Source: an uncultured Chloroflexia bacterium (lineage in GTDB: Bacteria; Chloroflexota; Limnocylindria; Limnocylindrales; CSP1-4). From it: DNA of 64,000 nt. Every line of letters begins with the position of its first letter. Position 1 is the first letter of the stretch. The notes beneath the pieces were generated by a model. It searched no databases. It was not told the origin of the DNA and saw only the letters and a program-made list of their open reading frames with translations. This document shows, one piece after another, positions 1 through 10,248 of the stretch. The stretch lies in assembly GCA_963763775.1 (NCBI GenBank), contig CAVXPZ010000001.1, positions 128,001 through 192,000 on the forward strand. Direction: 5' to 3'. The position numbers and the translations under genes are program-made.

Positions 1-731
1 TGGCCGTGCCGCTCGCGATCGACGGTGCCTGGCGACTCGCGCTGGCCGCGATCTCGGTGGCGTCCTTCCTCGCGGTCGTCGTGTGGCTCGTCCTCGTCCG
101 GCCCGACCCGTCGGTGCCCGCGCCTGGCGCCGCGCGCGCTGCGCCTTCCGTGGCGGAGCCGGACGGGATGGGTGCTCGTCGCTGGTGTTCGGTGTCCAAT
201 CGCTGCTCTACTACGGCGTCGTGTCGTGGCTGGCGAACGTGTTCGTCGAACGTGGCTGGACGCCGGCTGCCGCCGGGTCGCTGCTGGCGGTCGTGAACGC
301 CGTCGGGCTCATCACCACCCTCGGGGTCCCGCTCTTCGCGGACCGACTCGGCGCTCGGCGGCCGCAGCTCGTGGTGTCGTCCGTCGCCGCCACCGTCGGC
401 CTCCTTGGCCTCCTGCTCGCCCCCGACATCGCCGTCGCGTGGGTCGTCGTCATCGGCCTTGCGCTCGGAGCGATCTTCCCGCTCGTGCTGACGCTGCCGC
501 TCGACGTCACCGACGACCCGGCCCAGGTCGGCTCGGTCGCCGCGCTGATGCTGCTCGGCGGATACGTCCTCTCGTCGACGGGTCCCGTCGTGCTCGGCGC
601 GGTCCGTGACGCGACGGGGACCTTCGAGGTCAGCCTCTGGGTCCTGGTCGCTGGTCGCCGTGGTCCTCGACGGCCTGTGCGTGTTGCTGTCGCCGGAACG
701 CCTGCGGCGCGGCATCGGCCGCACGACCTAG
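1..731 (+). CDS. MFS transporter, CynX/cyanate permease-like (5' truncated, frameshifted)
   Basis: Hydrophobic helices with FGVQSLLYYGVVSWL and GYVLSSTGPVVLGAVRDATG, spread over several frames; last frame stops at TAG 729-731. Confidence 0.75.
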
Positions 732-781
732 AGGGACCGAGCCTGCCGAGGCCGGCGATCGGGTTCGCGCCGCGGCCGTGG

Positions 782-1831
782 TCAGGCGATGCTCGACGTC
801 GCCCAGAGGTTGACCTCGCTCTCGACGGCGTGGCGGTCGATCTCGGCGAGTTCCTCGTCGGTGAAGCCCAGGCCGTCGAGCGCCTTCAGGCTGTCCTCGA
901 GCTGCGCGACCGAACTGGCCCCCACGAGCGCCGATGTGACGCGGTCGTCGCGGAGGATCCACGCGAGGGCCATCTGGGCGAGTGACTGGCCACGACGCTT
1001 GGCGATCGCATCCAGCGCCCGCACGCGGGCGAGGTTCTCGTCGGTGAGCATCCCCGGGTCGAGCGACTTCCCGGCGGACGCGCGCGAGCCTTCGGGGATC
1101 CCGCCGAGGTACCGGTCCGTGAGCATGCCCTGGGCCAGGGGAGAGAACGCGATCATCCCGATCCCCTCGGTGCCAAGGACGTCCAGGAGGCCGCCCTCCG
1201 CCCAGCGGTTCAGCATCGAATACGACGGCTGATGGATCAGGAGGGGCGTGCCGAGGTCACGCAGGATGCCCGCGGCGACGGTCGTTCGCTCGGCCGAGTA
1301 CGACGAGATCCCGGCATACCTGGCCTTGCCCTGGCGGACGGCCGTGTCAAGCGCGCCCATCGTCTCCTCGATCGGCGTCAGCGGGTCGACGCGGTGCGAG
1401 TAGAAGATGTCGACGTGGTCGACGCCCATGCGGGCGAGGCTCTGGTCCAGGCTTGCGAGGAGGTACTTGCGCGAGCCGTGGTTCCCGTATGGGCCCGACC
1501 ACATGTCGTAGCCGGCCTTCGTCGAGAGCACGATCTCGTCTCGGTACGCGCCGAGGTCCTTGGCGAAGATGCGTCCGAAGTTCTCCTCGGCCGAGCCGTA
1601 AGGCGGTCCGTAGTTGTTGGCCAGGTCGAAGTGCGTGACGCCCAGGTCGAAGGCGCGACGGACGATCGCGCGCTGCGTCGCGAACGGCTTGTCGTCGCCG
1701 AAGTTGTGCCAGAGGCCGAGCGAGATCGCGGGGAGCTGCAGCCCGCTGCGACCGACGCGGCGATAGGGGATGGCGTCGTATCGGTCGGACGCCGCGACGT
1801 AGGGCGGTCGCTCAGTGGGCGGCAGGGTCAT
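782..1831 (-). CDS. Aldo/keto reductase, L-glyceraldehyde 3-phosphate reductase (YghZ/MgrA-like)
   Basis: SLGLWHNFG, FDLANNYGPPYGSAE and STKAGYDMW signatures; ATG 1831 with GAGGAG RBS. Confidence 0.92.
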   Translation of the reverse strand: MTLPPTERPPYVAASDRYDAIPYRRVGRSGLQLPAISLGLWHNFGDDKPFATQRAIVRRAFDLGVTHFDLANNYGPPYGSAEENFGRIFAKDLGAYRDEIVLSTKAGYDMWSGPYGNHGSRKYLLASLDQSLARMGVDHVDIFYSHRVDPLTPIEETMGALDTAVRQGKARYAGISSYSAERTTVAAGILRDLGTPLLIHQPSYSMLNRWAEGGLLDVLGTEGIGMIAFSPLAQGMLTDRYLGGIPEGSRASAGKSLDPGMLTDENLARVRALDAIAKRRGQSLAQMALAWILRDDRVTSALVGASSVAQLEDSLKALDGLGFTDEELAEIDRHAVESEVNLWATSSIA

Positions 1832-1902
1832 CGGGGTCTCCTCGGATGGTGCGTCGACCCCACGATAGCGCGGCCCGGCCGCGTCGCGCGCGACGCGGGG
1901 CG

Positions 1903-2613
1903 CTATCGCTCCAGCGAGCGGCCGATCGGTGCTCGGCCCGCTCCGGGGGACCCTGCCCGCGTGATCGAGAGCACGACCCGGTAGGTCAGCAGGAAGACGA
2001 CCACCACGGTCGAGCCGACGTAGATCCACCATGCCCATGGCGTCCCGCTGTCCGTCCCGGCGAGCAGGCCGTGCGCCGTCGCGCCGAGGAACGCGAGGAA
2101 GGTCACGTAGTGGAGCGTCCGCCAGGCGCGCTGCCCGATCTGCCGTCGGACATAGAAGCTCCCGACCACGATGGCCATCAGGTAGAACGCCACCTGGCCG
2201 GCCGCGACCCAGAGCGGGGCGTGCGGGGCGAGACCCGGCACGGCGATCTGCGCAAGCGTGAACGGCACGGTCTTGTCGAGCGCGAGGAGCATCCCGTGCA
2301 CGGCCGCCAGGCCGAGCCCGACGCTCGCGAGATCCTGGTGGAGCGCGAACGTGATCGGCCGATGCGCGATGGCGTCGAGGAGCTTGGTCGACAGCAGCAG
2401 GCCATACACGACCGAGCCGGCCATCGCGCCGTACGCGAGGAACGCGAAAAGCCGCTCGAAGACCCACGGGAGCATCGAGCGGTTGGTGTCCCATGTCGCG
2501 ACGAGCGCGCTCGCCGCCTTCGGGCCGGTCGCGCCGATGACGATCCCGGCCGCGATCGCGAGGAGGCCCCAGCGGAGCCAACGCGTGCGCGGGTCCAGGC
2601 CGCGGAAGGTCAT
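1903..2613 (-). CDS. Ferric reductase-like transmembrane diheme cytochrome b (MsrQ-like)
   Basis: About six TM helices with four His (LHQ, VHG, LHY, AHG) and a WRTLHY motif; ATGA overlap with the apbE stop. Confidence 0.8.
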   Translation of the reverse strand: MTFRGLDPRTRWLRWGLLAIAAGIVIGATGPKAASALVATWDTNRSMLPWVFERLFAFLAYGAMAGSVVYGLLLSTKLLDAIAHRPITFALHQDLASVGLGLAAVHGMLLALDKTVPFTLAQIAVPGLAPHAPLWVAAGQVAFYLMAIVVGSFYVRRQIGQRAWRTLHYVTFLAFLGATAHGLLAGTDSGTPWAWWIYVGSTVVVVFLLTYRVVLSITRAGSPGAGRAPIGRSLER

Positions 2614-3658
2614 GCCAGCCACCGCATCGTCGCCGGGTGGATGAGCAGCTCGTGATCGACGGTCAGCAACAGGGCGCCGTCGACGCCGTCACGGTCGAGG
2701 AAGTCGGCCGCGGCGATCGAGCCGAGGATCACGGCCGCCTTGGCGAGAGCCTCCGCCTCCCGCGCGGTCCGCGCCAGGACCGTGGCCTGGACGATATCGG
2801 TGACGGCCGGGCGCCCGGTCCGTGGGTCGATCAGGTGATGGGACGGCCTCGTCGCGTCGCCCCAGCGGTGGACGCTGGTCCCGGATGTGGCCAGCCCGAA
2901 TCGTCCGTCGTCTCCGCGGGCGGCCTCGCCACGACACGTCAGATCGAGGACGGCGACGTCCCGGCCGTCGACGCGGGGATCGGCGATGCCGAACGACCAC
3001 GCCGTCGCGGGCCCGAGACGGATGGCGATATCGCCGTCGGCGTCGACGACCGCACTCGGGTACGAGGCCAGCCGGTCGATGGCGCGGTCGGCGAGCCAGC
3101 CCTTGCCGACACCGTCCAGATCGAACCGGAGACCGACGGGTCGACGGACGTTCGCGCCCCTGGGCTGCCGCTCGAAGGACCACGATCTCGAGGCGGGCGA
3201 AGCGCGGTCCGGGTCTGCCCGCCCGGTCGAAGCGTCCCACTCTCTCGGGCGTTCTGCCGCGAGTCGGGCCTCGAGGAGTCCGATGTCGACGATCCCGCCC
3301 GTCAGGCCCTCGGCATATCGCCCCCAGTCGAGGACCGCCGCGAGGGTCGGACCGACCGGGACCGTGGTGCGCGGGTCGTCGTTGAGCCGGCTGAGCTCGG
3401 ACGCGGCGGAGAAACGCGTCAGGCGGTCGGCCCAGGCGGAGATGCGATGGAGCATCCGATCGGCGTCGGCCGCCGTCGCAGCGGACCTCGGCTGCGGCGT
3501 CCGTCGTGTCGCCGGGCGGCTCGAGATGCACGCCGACGCGACCACCCATCGCTGCGGCGGACCTCGAGACGACGTCGGGCGGCAGCGGCCGCGAGGCCGG
3601 ACGGACAGCCGCGAGATCCGGCTGGTCGGATCGACACGTCCCTCGTCGCGCCGGTCAT
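2610..3658 (-). CDS. apbE: FAD:protein FMN transferase ApbE (frameshifted N-terminus)
   Basis: AMGGRV, SELSRLN, FDLDGVGKGWLAD, DADGDI, ATSG and HHLIDPRTGRP motifs. Confidence 0.88.
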
Positions 3659-4128
3659 GGCTTGCCGGACTGCTTCGTCGTGACGACGACGACCCTCGGC
3701 TTCGGTGCCGGCGCCTGCTTGACCATCGCCTTGGGCGGTGCCGTCTGGCCTGGCTTGAGCTGCACGTACTGGAGCACGTGCCGCACGTGGACGGGGTCGG
3801 GCGTCCCGGCGGGCACGACCGTGACCGTGGTCGTCGCGGCGGTCCCCGCGTCCGCGCCGGTGGCCGGGCCGAGGAATGCCGTCATCAGGGCACTCGCGGT
3901 CGCCAGCCCGGTCACGCCGAGCGCGATCCTGAGCGGTCCCGGATCCGGCCTCGGCTTCCGGGTGGACGGCGCCACGCCGACGCGGTGCGTCGGGAGATCG
4001 CCACGCACGGCCGGGAGCGGCCGGCGACCGGCAGGAGGCGCTGTCGGGCGGGTCGGGAGGGGCCGGGCCATCGGCGCCGCCGTACGCCCGAGCTCCCGCG
4101 GCCGGCCGCCGGATCGAAGGTCGCTCAC
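3655..4128 (-). CDS. Small single-TM protein ending VVTTKQSGKP
   Basis: One hydrophobic helix and a Pro/Thr linker; stop overlaps the apbE start. Confidence 0.65.
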   Translation of the reverse strand: MSDLRSGGRPRELGRTAAPMARPLPTRPTAPPAGRRPLPAVRGDLPTHRVGVAPSTRKPRPDPGPLRIALGVTGLATASALMTAFLGPATGADAGTAATTTVTVVPAGTPDPVHVRHVLQYVQLKPGQTAPPKAMVKQAPAPKPRVVVVTTKQSGKP

Positions 4129-4129
4129 G

Positions 4130-4429
4130 TCAGTCGTCCCCGCCGGACTCGTGCTCGCCGTCGTCGCCGCCGGACGTCTTGACGACCTTGTGGACCGTGA
4201 TCGTCTTCTGCTTCGGCGCGGGCTTGACGTAGATGGTGTCGACCTGGACGGTCGGCATCGCGTCCGGCGCGGCGGCGTCCGCAGCTGCGGGATCGGCGGC
4301 GATCGGGCTTGCCGAGCTGCCGGTGGTGACAGCCGGGGAGCCGGGCGCGAACCCGGCGGCGGCGAGGGCCAGCGCGAGCGTCAGAGCGGCGACGGCCGAG
4401 GCGGCGGTCAGGGCGAGTTTCTGGAGCAT
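4130..4429 (-). CDS. Small secreted low-complexity protein
   Basis: Signal peptide, GGAGGA RBS, acidic C-tail; first gene of the apbE operon. Confidence 0.7.
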   Translation of the reverse strand: MLQKLALTAASAVAALTLALALAAAGFAPGSPAVTTGSSASPIAADPAAADAAAPDAMPTVQVDTIYVKPAPKQKTITVHKVVKTSGGDDGEHESGGDD

Positions 4430-4569
4430 CGGTCCTCCGTTGGGATCGCGGGTGTGTGCTCACAGCCTCGGTCGCACCGGTTGGCCTCCCGTGTGCCCGA
4501 GATGAGAAGCTGCAAAGACAGGCCATCAGGACCTCGACGAGCCACGCCTCGGCGCCCAGACTGCGGCGC

Positions 4570-5244
4570 ATGCGCATCCTCGTGGTCGAAGACGAACCGA
4601 AGATGGCGGGCCTGATCCGGCGCGTCCTGGTCGCCGAGCGGCATGTCGTCGAAGTCGCCCCGGACGGGGTGTCGGCCATCGCCCTGGCCGAAGCGGAGGG
4701 GTTCGACGTGATCGTCCTCGACCGCATGCTGCCCGACGTCGACGGACTGACCGTCCTCCGGTTACTGCGGACGAAGGGCATCAGGACGCCCGTCCTGCTG
4801 CTCACCGCGCTGGGCTCGGTCGAGGAGCGCGTCGCCGGTCTCGACGCCGGTGCCGACGACTACCTGCCCAAGCCGTTCTCCTTCGCCGAACTCGTCGCCC
4901 GCATCCGGGCGCTCGGGCGCCGTCCGGTGAGCGCCGAGGAGCAACGCCTGATCGCGGGCGACCTCGAGCTCGACGAGCTGCGGCATGCCGTGCAAGTCGG
5001 CGACCGTGCCGTGGACCTTTCCGCCCGCGAGTACGCCCTGCTGGGATACCTCATCCGGCATGCCGGCCAGGTGGTCACGCGGCATCAGATCCTCGACGCT
5101 GTCTGGGGTGCCGAGCCCGACGTCTACTCGAACGTGGTCGACCTGTACGTGCACTACCTCCGGCGCAAGCTCGCCGAGCTGGACCGTGCCGACCGGCTGC
5201 GGACGGTGCGCGGCGTGGGGTACACCCTGCGCGCTGGCGCATGA
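4570..5244 (+). CDS. OmpR-family response regulator
   Basis: MRILVVEDE, LDRMLP, GADDYLPKPF and winged-helix RTVRGVGY. Confidence 0.95.
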   Translation: MRILVVEDEPKMAGLIRRVLVAERHVVEVAPDGVSAIALAEAEGFDVIVLDRMLPDVDGLTVLRLLRTKGIRTPVLLLTALGSVEERVAGLDAGADDYLPKPFSFAELVARIRALGRRPVSAEEQRLIAGDLELDELRHAVQVGDRAVDLSAREYALLGYLIRHAGQVVTRHQILDAVWGAEPDVYSNVVDLYVHYLRRKLAELDRADRLRTVRGVGYTLRAGA

Positions 5245-5284
5245 CCGACGGATCGGCCGCGTCCGGGCGGCCGGTGCGAGCGCC

Positions 5285-6598
5285 ATGACCGATCCCACGG
5301 CGCGGCTGCTCTCCCGCACCCGTCGTCGGCTGTTCCTGGTGACGCTCGGCCTCGTGGCGCTCCTCGTCGTGGGCATCGGGGTGGCCTCCGCGGTCGTGAC
5401 CCTCCAGGCCCTCGATACCGCGGTGGATCAATCGTTGGCGGCGAGCGTCGATGGCGCGGTCTCGTCGCTGCACGACGGCCTCCCGTCGCCGGCCGAGGAG
5501 TCGGGCGACGGCGAGGAGGCGAACCTCGCCTCGTCGGATACGTTCCTGCTGGTGCTCGACCCGGGTGGGACCGTTGTGGCCAACCCATCCCGGGTCAACC
5601 TGCCCGGCCTCCCCGACGCCGTGGCGCTGGCTGCCGCGAAGGCGTCGCCGACCGGTCGAGACCTTCGGACCATCGATGCAGGTGGCTTCCCGGTCCGACT
5701 GCTCACGGCACGGATCACGCCCGACGAAAGCGGCGGGGCATCAGTCGGGTTCGTCCAGGGCGGGTTCCGCCTCACCCTGCACGACGAGCAGTCGGCGAGC
5801 ATCGTGGCCGCGGTCACGCTCGTGGGCATCGTGGGTCTGCTCGGGGCCGCGATCGTCACGCTCATCGTGACCGGACGGGCGCTGATCCCGATCCGACGCA
5901 GCTTCGACACCCAGCGCCGCTTCGTCGCCGACGCGTCCCACGAGCTGCGAACCCCGGCCGCGTTGATCCGCGCCAATGCGGACGTGATGGAGCGCGAGGG
6001 TCTCGTGACGCCGGACGGGCGCCCGCTCGTCGGCGACATCATCACCGAGGCGGACCGGCTGGCCAGGCTCGTCGGAGACCTGCTCCAGCTCGCCTCGACC
6101 GACGCCGCCGGGATCGTGATCGAGCGCGCACCGGTCGACGTCAGCGCCATCGCGACCGAGACGGTCCGGCAGGCCCAGGCCCTCGCGGCCGAACGTGGGG
6201 TCCGGCTCGAGGCCTCAGAGCCCGCGTCGGGCGACCCGCTCATCGTGGACGGGGACCGCGATCGTCTCGTGCAGCTCCTCCTCGTGCTCCTCGACAACGC
6301 GTTCGACCATTCGCCGCCGGGAGGGATCGTGACCGTGGGCGTTGCGCGGCATGGCCAGCTGGTGCAGCTGACGGTGGCGGACGCCGGTCCCGGCATCCCC
6401 GCGACCGAACGCGAGCGAGTCTTCGAGCCGTTCACCCGCCTTCCCGGCGTCCGGCGTGACCGGGCCGGAGGGACGGGGCTCGGGCTGGCCATCGCCCGCC
6501 GGATCGCGGCGGCGCACGCCGGGACGATCGTCGTCGACGACGCCCCCGGCGGCGGCGCCATGTTCGTCGTCCGCCTTCCGGCGCGGGTCGGCGCGTAG
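5285..6598 (+). CDS. Sensor histidine kinase
   Basis: Two TM segments, FVADASHELRTP H-box, LLDNA, DAGPGI and GGTGLGLAI. Confidence 0.95.
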   Translation: MTDPTARLLSRTRRRLFLVTLGLVALLVVGIGVASAVVTLQALDTAVDQSLAASVDGAVSSLHDGLPSPAEESGDGEEANLASSDTFLLVLDPGGTVVANPSRVNLPGLPDAVALAAAKASPTGRDLRTIDAGGFPVRLLTARITPDESGGASVGFVQGGFRLTLHDEQSASIVAAVTLVGIVGLLGAAIVTLIVTGRALIPIRRSFDTQRRFVADASHELRTPAALIRANADVMEREGLVTPDGRPLVGDIITEADRLARLVGDLLQLASTDAAGIVIERAPVDVSAIATETVRQAQALAAERGVRLEASEPASGDPLIVDGDRDRLVQLLLVLLDNAFDHSPPGGIVTVGVARHGQLVQLTVADAGPGIPATERERVFEPFTRLPGVRRDRAGGTGLGLAIARRIAAAHAGTIVVDDAPGGGAMFVVRLPARVGA

Positions 6599-6818
6599 GC
6601 TCCAGGCCCCGCCGGACACGGCGGCGACCACCGCGACCACGGCGATTGGCGAAGTCACATCCCCGACACACGACCCCCACATCGAGCGGCGTGACCGTGG
6701 ATGCCAGGACGAAGGTCATCCATCGGCCGCCTGAAGGTCGGGTCCGGTCCACGAAACCTCCCTTCGTCCGACCGCCTCGATGAAAGCATCGGGGTCATCG
6801 ATCAACGGGAGTCCCACC

Positions 6819-7109
6819 ATGGCCTACGTCATCGCGCAGCCCTGCATCGACCACAGCGACCAGACCTGCGTCTCGGTCTGTCCGGTCGACTGCATCAGCG
6901 GCGACCTGCGGGTCGACCGGAAGCTCTACATCGACCCGGACGCCTGCATCGACTGCGGGTCGTGCGAGTCGGCCTGTCCCAACTCGGCGATCTTCCGCGA
7001 GGACCAGCTCCCCACGGCATGGGCCGACTTCGCCTGGATCGACGCCGCCTGGTATCGCGACCCGGACGCCGCCCGCGAGGTCGTCGGCGAGTTCGAGCCC
7101 GCGGCCTGA
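6819..7109 (+). CDS. Ferredoxin (7Fe FdxA-type)
   Basis: MAYVIAQPCID..CVSVCPVDCI and CIDCGSCESACP. Confidence 0.92.
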   Translation: MAYVIAQPCIDHSDQTCVSVCPVDCISGDLRVDRKLYIDPDACIDCGSCESACPNSAIFREDQLPTAWADFAWIDAAWYRDPDAAREVVGEFEPAA

Positions 7110-7188
7110 CGTGGAGATCGACGCCACGCTTCGGCGACCCCTCCCCGGTCGGCGGCCGCTGCCCGATCGGTCCTCGTTCCCCGGCCCC

Positions 7189-7926
7189 GTGACGATCCTC
7201 GCGAATGCCACCATCACGGAGCGCGACGATCTCACGGCCGGGATCGCGCGGTTCCGGATCCGCGCGGACGGCCCGCTGCCGCTCGTGGAGCCCGGCCAGT
7301 ACCTGACCCTCGGGCTCGTCGTCGACGGCCGGCTGATCCAACGGCCGTACTCGACGGCGACCGAAACCCGATCCGCGAGGGACCGCGACCTGGAGTTCCT
7401 GATCCGCCTCGTCCCGGACGGGGCGTTCACGCCGCGCCTCTGGTCCATGGCCGCCGGCGATCGCCTCCGGCTCGGTCCACCGAAAGGGCGGTTCACGCGG
7501 ATCGCGGGTGACCAGCGCACCCACTTGTTCGTCGCCACCGGGACGGGCCTGGCGCCGTTCGTGGCGATGCTGGCGGCGATGCGCCGCGATCCAGCCGCGC
7601 CACCTGCCGTCGTGGTCCACGGCGTCTCGACGACCGCCGAGCTGGCCTATCGCGCGCGCCTGGATCGATGGGCCGCCGATGGTCGCGTCGTCTACGAGCC
7701 GGCGATCTCGCGCCCGGACGACCCGTCGAACGCCGGGTGGTCTGGACGGATCGGTCGGGTCGCCGCGATCCTCGATGACGTCTGGACGACGCACAGGCTG
7801 TCGCCGGCGACCGCCGTGGCCTACTTCTGCGGCAACCCGGAGATGATCTCGGCCGGCGAGCGTCTCCTTCGGGATCGCGGTCTGTCGGAAGCCGCCATCC
7901 GCAGCGAGCACTACTGGCCCGCGTGA
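7189..7926 (+). CDS. Ferredoxin/flavodoxin-NADP+ reductase (FNR/Fpr family)
   Basis: PGQY, RPYS, GAFT, ATGTGLAPF, FCGNPEMI and terminal EHYW. Confidence 0.9.
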   Translation: MTILANATITERDDLTAGIARFRIRADGPLPLVEPGQYLTLGLVVDGRLIQRPYSTATETRSARDRDLEFLIRLVPDGAFTPRLWSMAAGDRLRLGPPKGRFTRIAGDQRTHLFVATGTGLAPFVAMLAAMRRDPAAPPAVVVHGVSTTAELAYRARLDRWAADGRVVYEPAISRPDDPSNAGWSGRIGRVAAILDDVWTTHRLSPATAVAYFCGNPEMISAGERLLRDRGLSEAAIRSEHYWPA

Positions 7927-8034
7927 CCCGTTCCGCCTGCGCTGGTGCGTCGCCCTCGGTCGAGCGCGAACCGCGTCGATAGCCCGTTCGGCCTATTGCG
8001 GCCGCCCTGTGCCTCGCGGCACGCTCGGGTCACC

Positions 8035-9579
8035 GTGAAGACCCTCGACTCGCCATCCGCCGATCACGACGCGGGTCCGTACGGCGTCGCCGTCGCCATC
8101 GAGCGCGCCACCGCGGCCATCCTCGCCGCCGACCCCCGGATGGACCCGCTGTTCCCGGTCGCCATGCTCCGCGGCAATGCCCTCGTCGGCCGCCCGATCG
8201 ACCCCGATGAGATGATCCGCGAGTGGGCCGTCCTCACGCCACGCTCGACCGGGGCGGTCCGCTATCCGTGGGCGCTGAACCCGAAGTTCGCGGGCCCCCG
8301 GCCGCCGTGGATCGGACCGGAGGCGTCGTGGATCCCATGGCGCCCGCGAGAGGCGGAGGTCGCGTCCCAGCCCGGGATGGCCGACCGCCTGGTCGAGTGG
8401 CTGCTCACGCCGATCATCGTGTCCGACAGTCTCGACCTGCTCTCGACCGTGGCGGACCGGGACGACGGCGTCGGCGCGATGGCCCGCGCCATGCTTCGCG
8501 CCGCGATGCCGAAGGCTCGTCGCGACGCGGCGACCTGGGTGCAGGAGACCCACGCCTGGACCGACACGTGGGCGCTGCGCGCGATCGCCCGCCGCCCTCG
8601 GACGATGCGCCTGCTGCATCCCTTCGCGATCGCGATCGCGGAGGCGTACGCGGAATCGGCTCGGGAGAGTGATGGTGTCGTGCTCGGGACCCGGTTCCCG
8701 CTCCATGCGCAGCCGCTGGTCTCCGGGAGCGCCCACCTGGCGGCGGGCCTCACCGCCCTCGGGCTGCATCCCAAGCTCGGCGGCCGCCTCATCGCCTGGG
8801 TCGGCGCCCGTCGCCAGGTCGACGGCGGGTTCGGCGACGCCGACGGACCCTCGGATCCGATGACGAGTCTGGTCGCCGCACAGGTCCTCTCGACGCTCGA
8901 CCCGGATTTCGACCCGCTGCCGACGGCCGAATGGCTCGCCCGCGCCCAGCGTCCGGACGGCTGGTGGTGCGCGTACGGCCCCGAGACGAGCTGGCTGACC
9001 GTCGAGGTCCTGGAGTGGCTTGGGCGTTCCGCCCGGCCGTTCGCCGAGCGCTTCGAGTGGCCGCACGTCGCGCTGACCGATCGCGATCGGCGGACCGGTC
9101 TGCCGTTCTACGGCTACTACGCTGACCTCGAGCGGCTCTTCGCCGAAGTCGATGGCCTGTCCGGTGCCCCGGTGGAGGTGGCGTTCATCGACCTTGCCGG
9201 CTTCGGCACGTTCAACAACGCGTACGGTATGGAGATGGGAGATCGCGTCCTCCGGTCGTTCGCGCAGGCGATCGCGGCCATCGACGGCTCGATCGCCCTC
9301 CGCGACGGAGGTGACGAGTTCATCGTCGTCGGCGCACCGACCGGATCGGGCCTGGCGGACCGCCTGACCGCCTTCCGCGTGGCCTGGCCGGCGCGACTCG
9401 CGGCCGAGTTCGGCGAGACCTCACCGGTCGCGCCACGGGTCTTGACCACGACGACCCTCGGACGCCGTCTGGTGGCCACCCGCACGGCGCTCGGCATCGA
9501 GATCGCCCACCTCAAGGCGGCACATCCGGCCGTCGGGGCGACCGGGATCCAGGTCGCGATGGTGCCGACGAGTGGCTAG
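8035..9579 (+). CDS. Prenyltransferase/squalene-cyclase-repeat protein fused to a C-terminal GGDEF domain
   Basis: QVDGGFG and QRPDGWW repeats; DRRTGLP, FIDLAGF..FNNAYG..GD and RDGGDEF. Confidence 0.7.
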   Translation: MKTLDSPSADHDAGPYGVAVAIERATAAILAADPRMDPLFPVAMLRGNALVGRPIDPDEMIREWAVLTPRSTGAVRYPWALNPKFAGPRPPWIGPEASWIPWRPREAEVASQPGMADRLVEWLLTPIIVSDSLDLLSTVADRDDGVGAMARAMLRAAMPKARRDAATWVQETHAWTDTWALRAIARRPRTMRLLHPFAIAIAEAYAESARESDGVVLGTRFPLHAQPLVSGSAHLAAGLTALGLHPKLGGRLIAWVGARRQVDGGFGDADGPSDPMTSLVAAQVLSTLDPDFDPLPTAEWLARAQRPDGWWCAYGPETSWLTVEVLEWLGRSARPFAERFEWPHVALTDRDRRTGLPFYGYYADLERLFAEVDGLSGAPVEVAFIDLAGFGTFNNAYGMEMGDRVLRSFAQAIAAIDGSIALRDGGDEFIVVGAPTGSGLADRLTAFRVAWPARLAAEFGETSPVAPRVLTTTTLGRRLVATRTALGIEIAHLKAAHPAVGATGIQVAMVPTSG

Positions 9580-9615
9580 GGGTCGTGTCGGTGTCGACGC
9601 CTGGGTCGTGATCCG

Positions 9616-10081
9616 CTAGTCGAGGCGGAGCGTCGGCGCCACGATCGAGCGCCATGGCCGGATCAGGATCTCGGCGATCTCGGGGTCGAGCTTCCGGGGA
9701 TCCACGAGGGCGCAGGCCGCGAACCGTGCGGCCCTGGCTGCCCCCCAGCCTGTCCCGGTCGCGCTCCGCCAGTACGCCCTCGTCCGCGAGCGGTTCGAGT
9801 CCGAGCGCCACCAACGACGTGTTGACCGCCGCCCACGAGCGAGCCCGCGCCGTGAGGCGGAGGTGGTAGGCCTCGCCGGTGGCGAGTTGCCCCCGGAGCA
9901 GGTCCCAGGCGATGAGCTGGACCGTGGCTCGCGGTCGCTCCGCGGTGTCGAGCCGAGCGATCTCGTCGGCGGTCAGGCGACCCGCGCGGACGATGACCTC
10001 CTCGGCCTCGGCCGACAGCCGGCCCACGGGTCGCGCGGGCGCTTGTTCGATCCAACCGTCCTTGATGGCCATGGCCGACAT
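9616..10081 (-). CDS. Hypothetical protein (one frameshift near 9775)
   Basis: Protein-like composition continuing across two frames to TAG at 9616. Confidence 0.5.
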
Positions 10082-10146
10082 CGTCGGACGCGCGGCGCCG
10101 ATCCTCAGCATCCCCCAGAGGTACCACCGGCTCTTGGCGCTCGACG

Positions 10147-10167
10147 TTTCAGCCGAAAGAGCTGATG
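10147..10167 (+). promoter_or_regulatory. Island operator copy 1 (TTTCAGCC-GAAAG-AGCTGATG)
   Basis: Matches four other copies; -10-like CAATGT at 10188; upstream of the SulP gene. Confidence 0.6.
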
Positions 10168-10248
10168 TCTCCTCGAGCACGCTCGCGCAATGTCGCCCTA
10201 CGTCTGCGGACGGACTGACCCCAGCCCGAACACGAGGAGAGGGACCCG

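Noticed and set aside
782-2581. 599-aa extended aldo-keto reductase
   Set aside because: The extension overlaps the cytochrome b gene in another frame; the real start with RBS is at 1831.
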